Shown in pieces: positions 62,001 to 64,000 of a stretch of 64,000 nt of DNA. Under the pieces are notes generated by a model, which made no database searches, was not told the origin of the DNA, and saw only the letters and a list, made by a program, of their open reading frames with translations. The DNA is from Squalus acanthias (Eukaryota), in assembly GCA_030390025.1 (NCBI GenBank), contig JASTWF010000034.1, positions 5,146,001 through 5,210,000 on the forward strand. The letters are read 5' to 3'. The translations under genes and the position numbers were made by a program. Each line of letters opens with the position of its first letter. The stretch's first letter is position 1.

Positions 62001-64000
62001 AAATTGGGTATGATAACCAATACACAGGGTAAAACTGTCACAGTTAATTGTTAAATTGGGTATGATAACCAAATACACAGGGTAAAACTGTCAGTTAATT
62101 GTTAATTGGGTATGATAACCAATACACAGGGTAAAACTGTCAGTTAATTGTTAAATTGGGTATGATAACCAATACACAGGGTAAAACTGTCAGTTAATTG
62201 TTAAATTGGTATGATAACCAATACACAGGGTAAAACTAAAACTAGTTTAATTGTTAAATTGGGTTATGATAACAATACACAGGTAAAACTGTCACAGTTA
62301 ATTGTAAATTGGGTATGATAACCAATACACAGGGTAAAACTGTCACAGTTAATTGTAAATTGGGTATGATAACCAATACACAGAGTAAAACTGTCACAGT
62401 TAATTGTTAAATTGGGTATGATAACCAATACACAGGGTAAAACTGTCACAGTTAATTGTTAAATTGGGTATGATAACCAATACACAGGGTAAAACTGTCA
62501 GTTAATTGTTAAATTGGGTATGATAACCAATACACAGGGTAAAACTGTCAGTTAATTGTTAAATTGGTATGATAACCAATACACAGGGTAAAACTGTCAC
62601 AGTTAATTGTTAAATTGGGTATGATAACCAATACACAGGGTAAAACTGTCAGTTAATTGTTAAATTGGTATGATAACCAATACACAGGGTAAAACTGTCA
62701 CAGTTAATTGTTAAATTGGGTATGATAACCAATACACAGGGTAAAACTGTCACAGTTAATGTTAAATTGGGTATGATAACCAATACACAGGGTAAAACTG
62801 TCACAGTTAATTGTTAAATTGGGTATGATAACCAATACACAGGGTAAAACTGTCAGTTAATTGTTAAATTGGGTATGATAACCAATACACAGGGTAAAAC
62901 TGTCAGTTAATTGTTAAATTGGGTATGATAACCAATACACAGGGTAAAACTGACAGTTAATTGTTAAATTGGGTATGATAACCAATACACAGGGTAAAAC
63001 TGTCAGTTAATTGTTAAATTGGGTATGATAACCAATACACAGGGTAAAACTGTCACAGTTAATTGTTAAATTGGGTATGATAACCAATACACAGGGTAAA
63101 ACTGTCACAGTTAATTGTTAAATTGGGTATGATAACCAATACACAGGGTAAAACTGTCACAGTTAATTGTTAAATTGGGTATGATAACCAATACACAGGG
63201 TAAAACTGTCACAGTTAATTGTTAAATTGGGTATGATAACCAATACACAGGGTAAAACTGTCACAGTTAATTGTTAAATGGGTATGATAACCAATACACA
63301 GGTAAAACTGTCAGTTAATTGTTAAATTGGGTATGATAACCAATACACAGGGTAAAACTGTCACAGTTAATTGTTAAATTGGGTATGATAACCAATACAC
63401 AGGGTAAAACTGTCACAGTTAATTGTTAAATTGGGTATGATAACCAATACACAGGGTAAAACTGTCACAGTTAATTGTTAAATTGGGTATGATAACCAAT
63501 ACACAGGGTAAAACTGTCACAGTTAATTGTTAAATTGGGTATGATAACCAATACACAGGGTAAAACTGTCACAGTTAATTGTTAAATTGGGTATGATAAC
63601 CAATACACAGGGTAAAACTGTCACAGTTAATTGTTAAATTGGGTATGATAACCAATACACAGGGTAAAACTGTCAGTTAATTGTTAAATTGGGTATGATA
63701 ACCAATACACAGGGTAAAACTGTCACAGTTAATTGTTAAATTGGGTATGATAACCAATACACAGGGTAAAACTGTCAGTTAATTGTTAAATTGGGTATGA
63801 TAACCAATACACAGGGTAAAACTGTCAGTTAATTGTTAAATTGGGTATGATAACCAATACACAGGGTAAAACTGTCACAGTTAATTGTTAAATTGGGTAT
63901 GATAACCAATACACAGGGTAAAACTGTCACAGTTAATTGTTAAATTGGGTATGATAACCAATACACAGGGTAAAACTGTCACAGTTAATTGTTAAATTGG
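59008..64000 (-). repeat. 52/50-bp satellite (AAAACTGTCA[CA]GTTAATTGTTAAATTGGGTATGATAACCAATACACAGGGT), highly homogeneous, reverse complement of the 24395-26590 family; runs off the window end
   Basis: Monomer read directly. Confidence 0.97.

Overview
Repeat-dense eukaryotic DNA, most likely from a cartilaginous fish (shark-type CR1/L2 LINEs, a Deu-domain-like SINE and a GPR139-like exon; this assignment is inference). Layout: (1) 1-6363, a 51-bp satellite with a ~2.9-kb higher-order duplication; (2) 6.4-32.4 kb, nested CR1/L2 LINEs and a SINE, plus two minisatellites amplified from inside retroelements (33 bp from the SINE core; 47 bp from the CR1 RT 'SGVPQGSVLG' motif) and a 52/50-bp AT-rich satellite; (3) within that, one host-gene piece, a minus-strand first coding exon of a GPR139/GPR142-like GPCR (19550-19286) with a 14-aa N-glycosylation-sequon repeat and a triplicated exon end/splice donor, but no second exon in the window; (4) degenerate tRNA-Asn and tRNA-Ser copies at 32.5-32.9 kb; (5) 34.0-58.5 kb, a tandem ~1.81-1.89-kb macrosatellite (13 complete units plus a partial one), each complete unit carrying tRNA-Leu(TAG), initiator tRNA-Met and a CTCF-like motif, with 5 of 13 initiator genes sharing an 11-bp deletion that replaces the A1:U72 pair; (6) a 500-N gap, then a homogeneous 52/50-bp satellite in opposite orientation to the 24-26 kb copy. 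No complete host protein-coding gene and no CRISPR array. Most ORF-track entries are repeat translations. Element boundaries were read by eye and are approximate unless stated.
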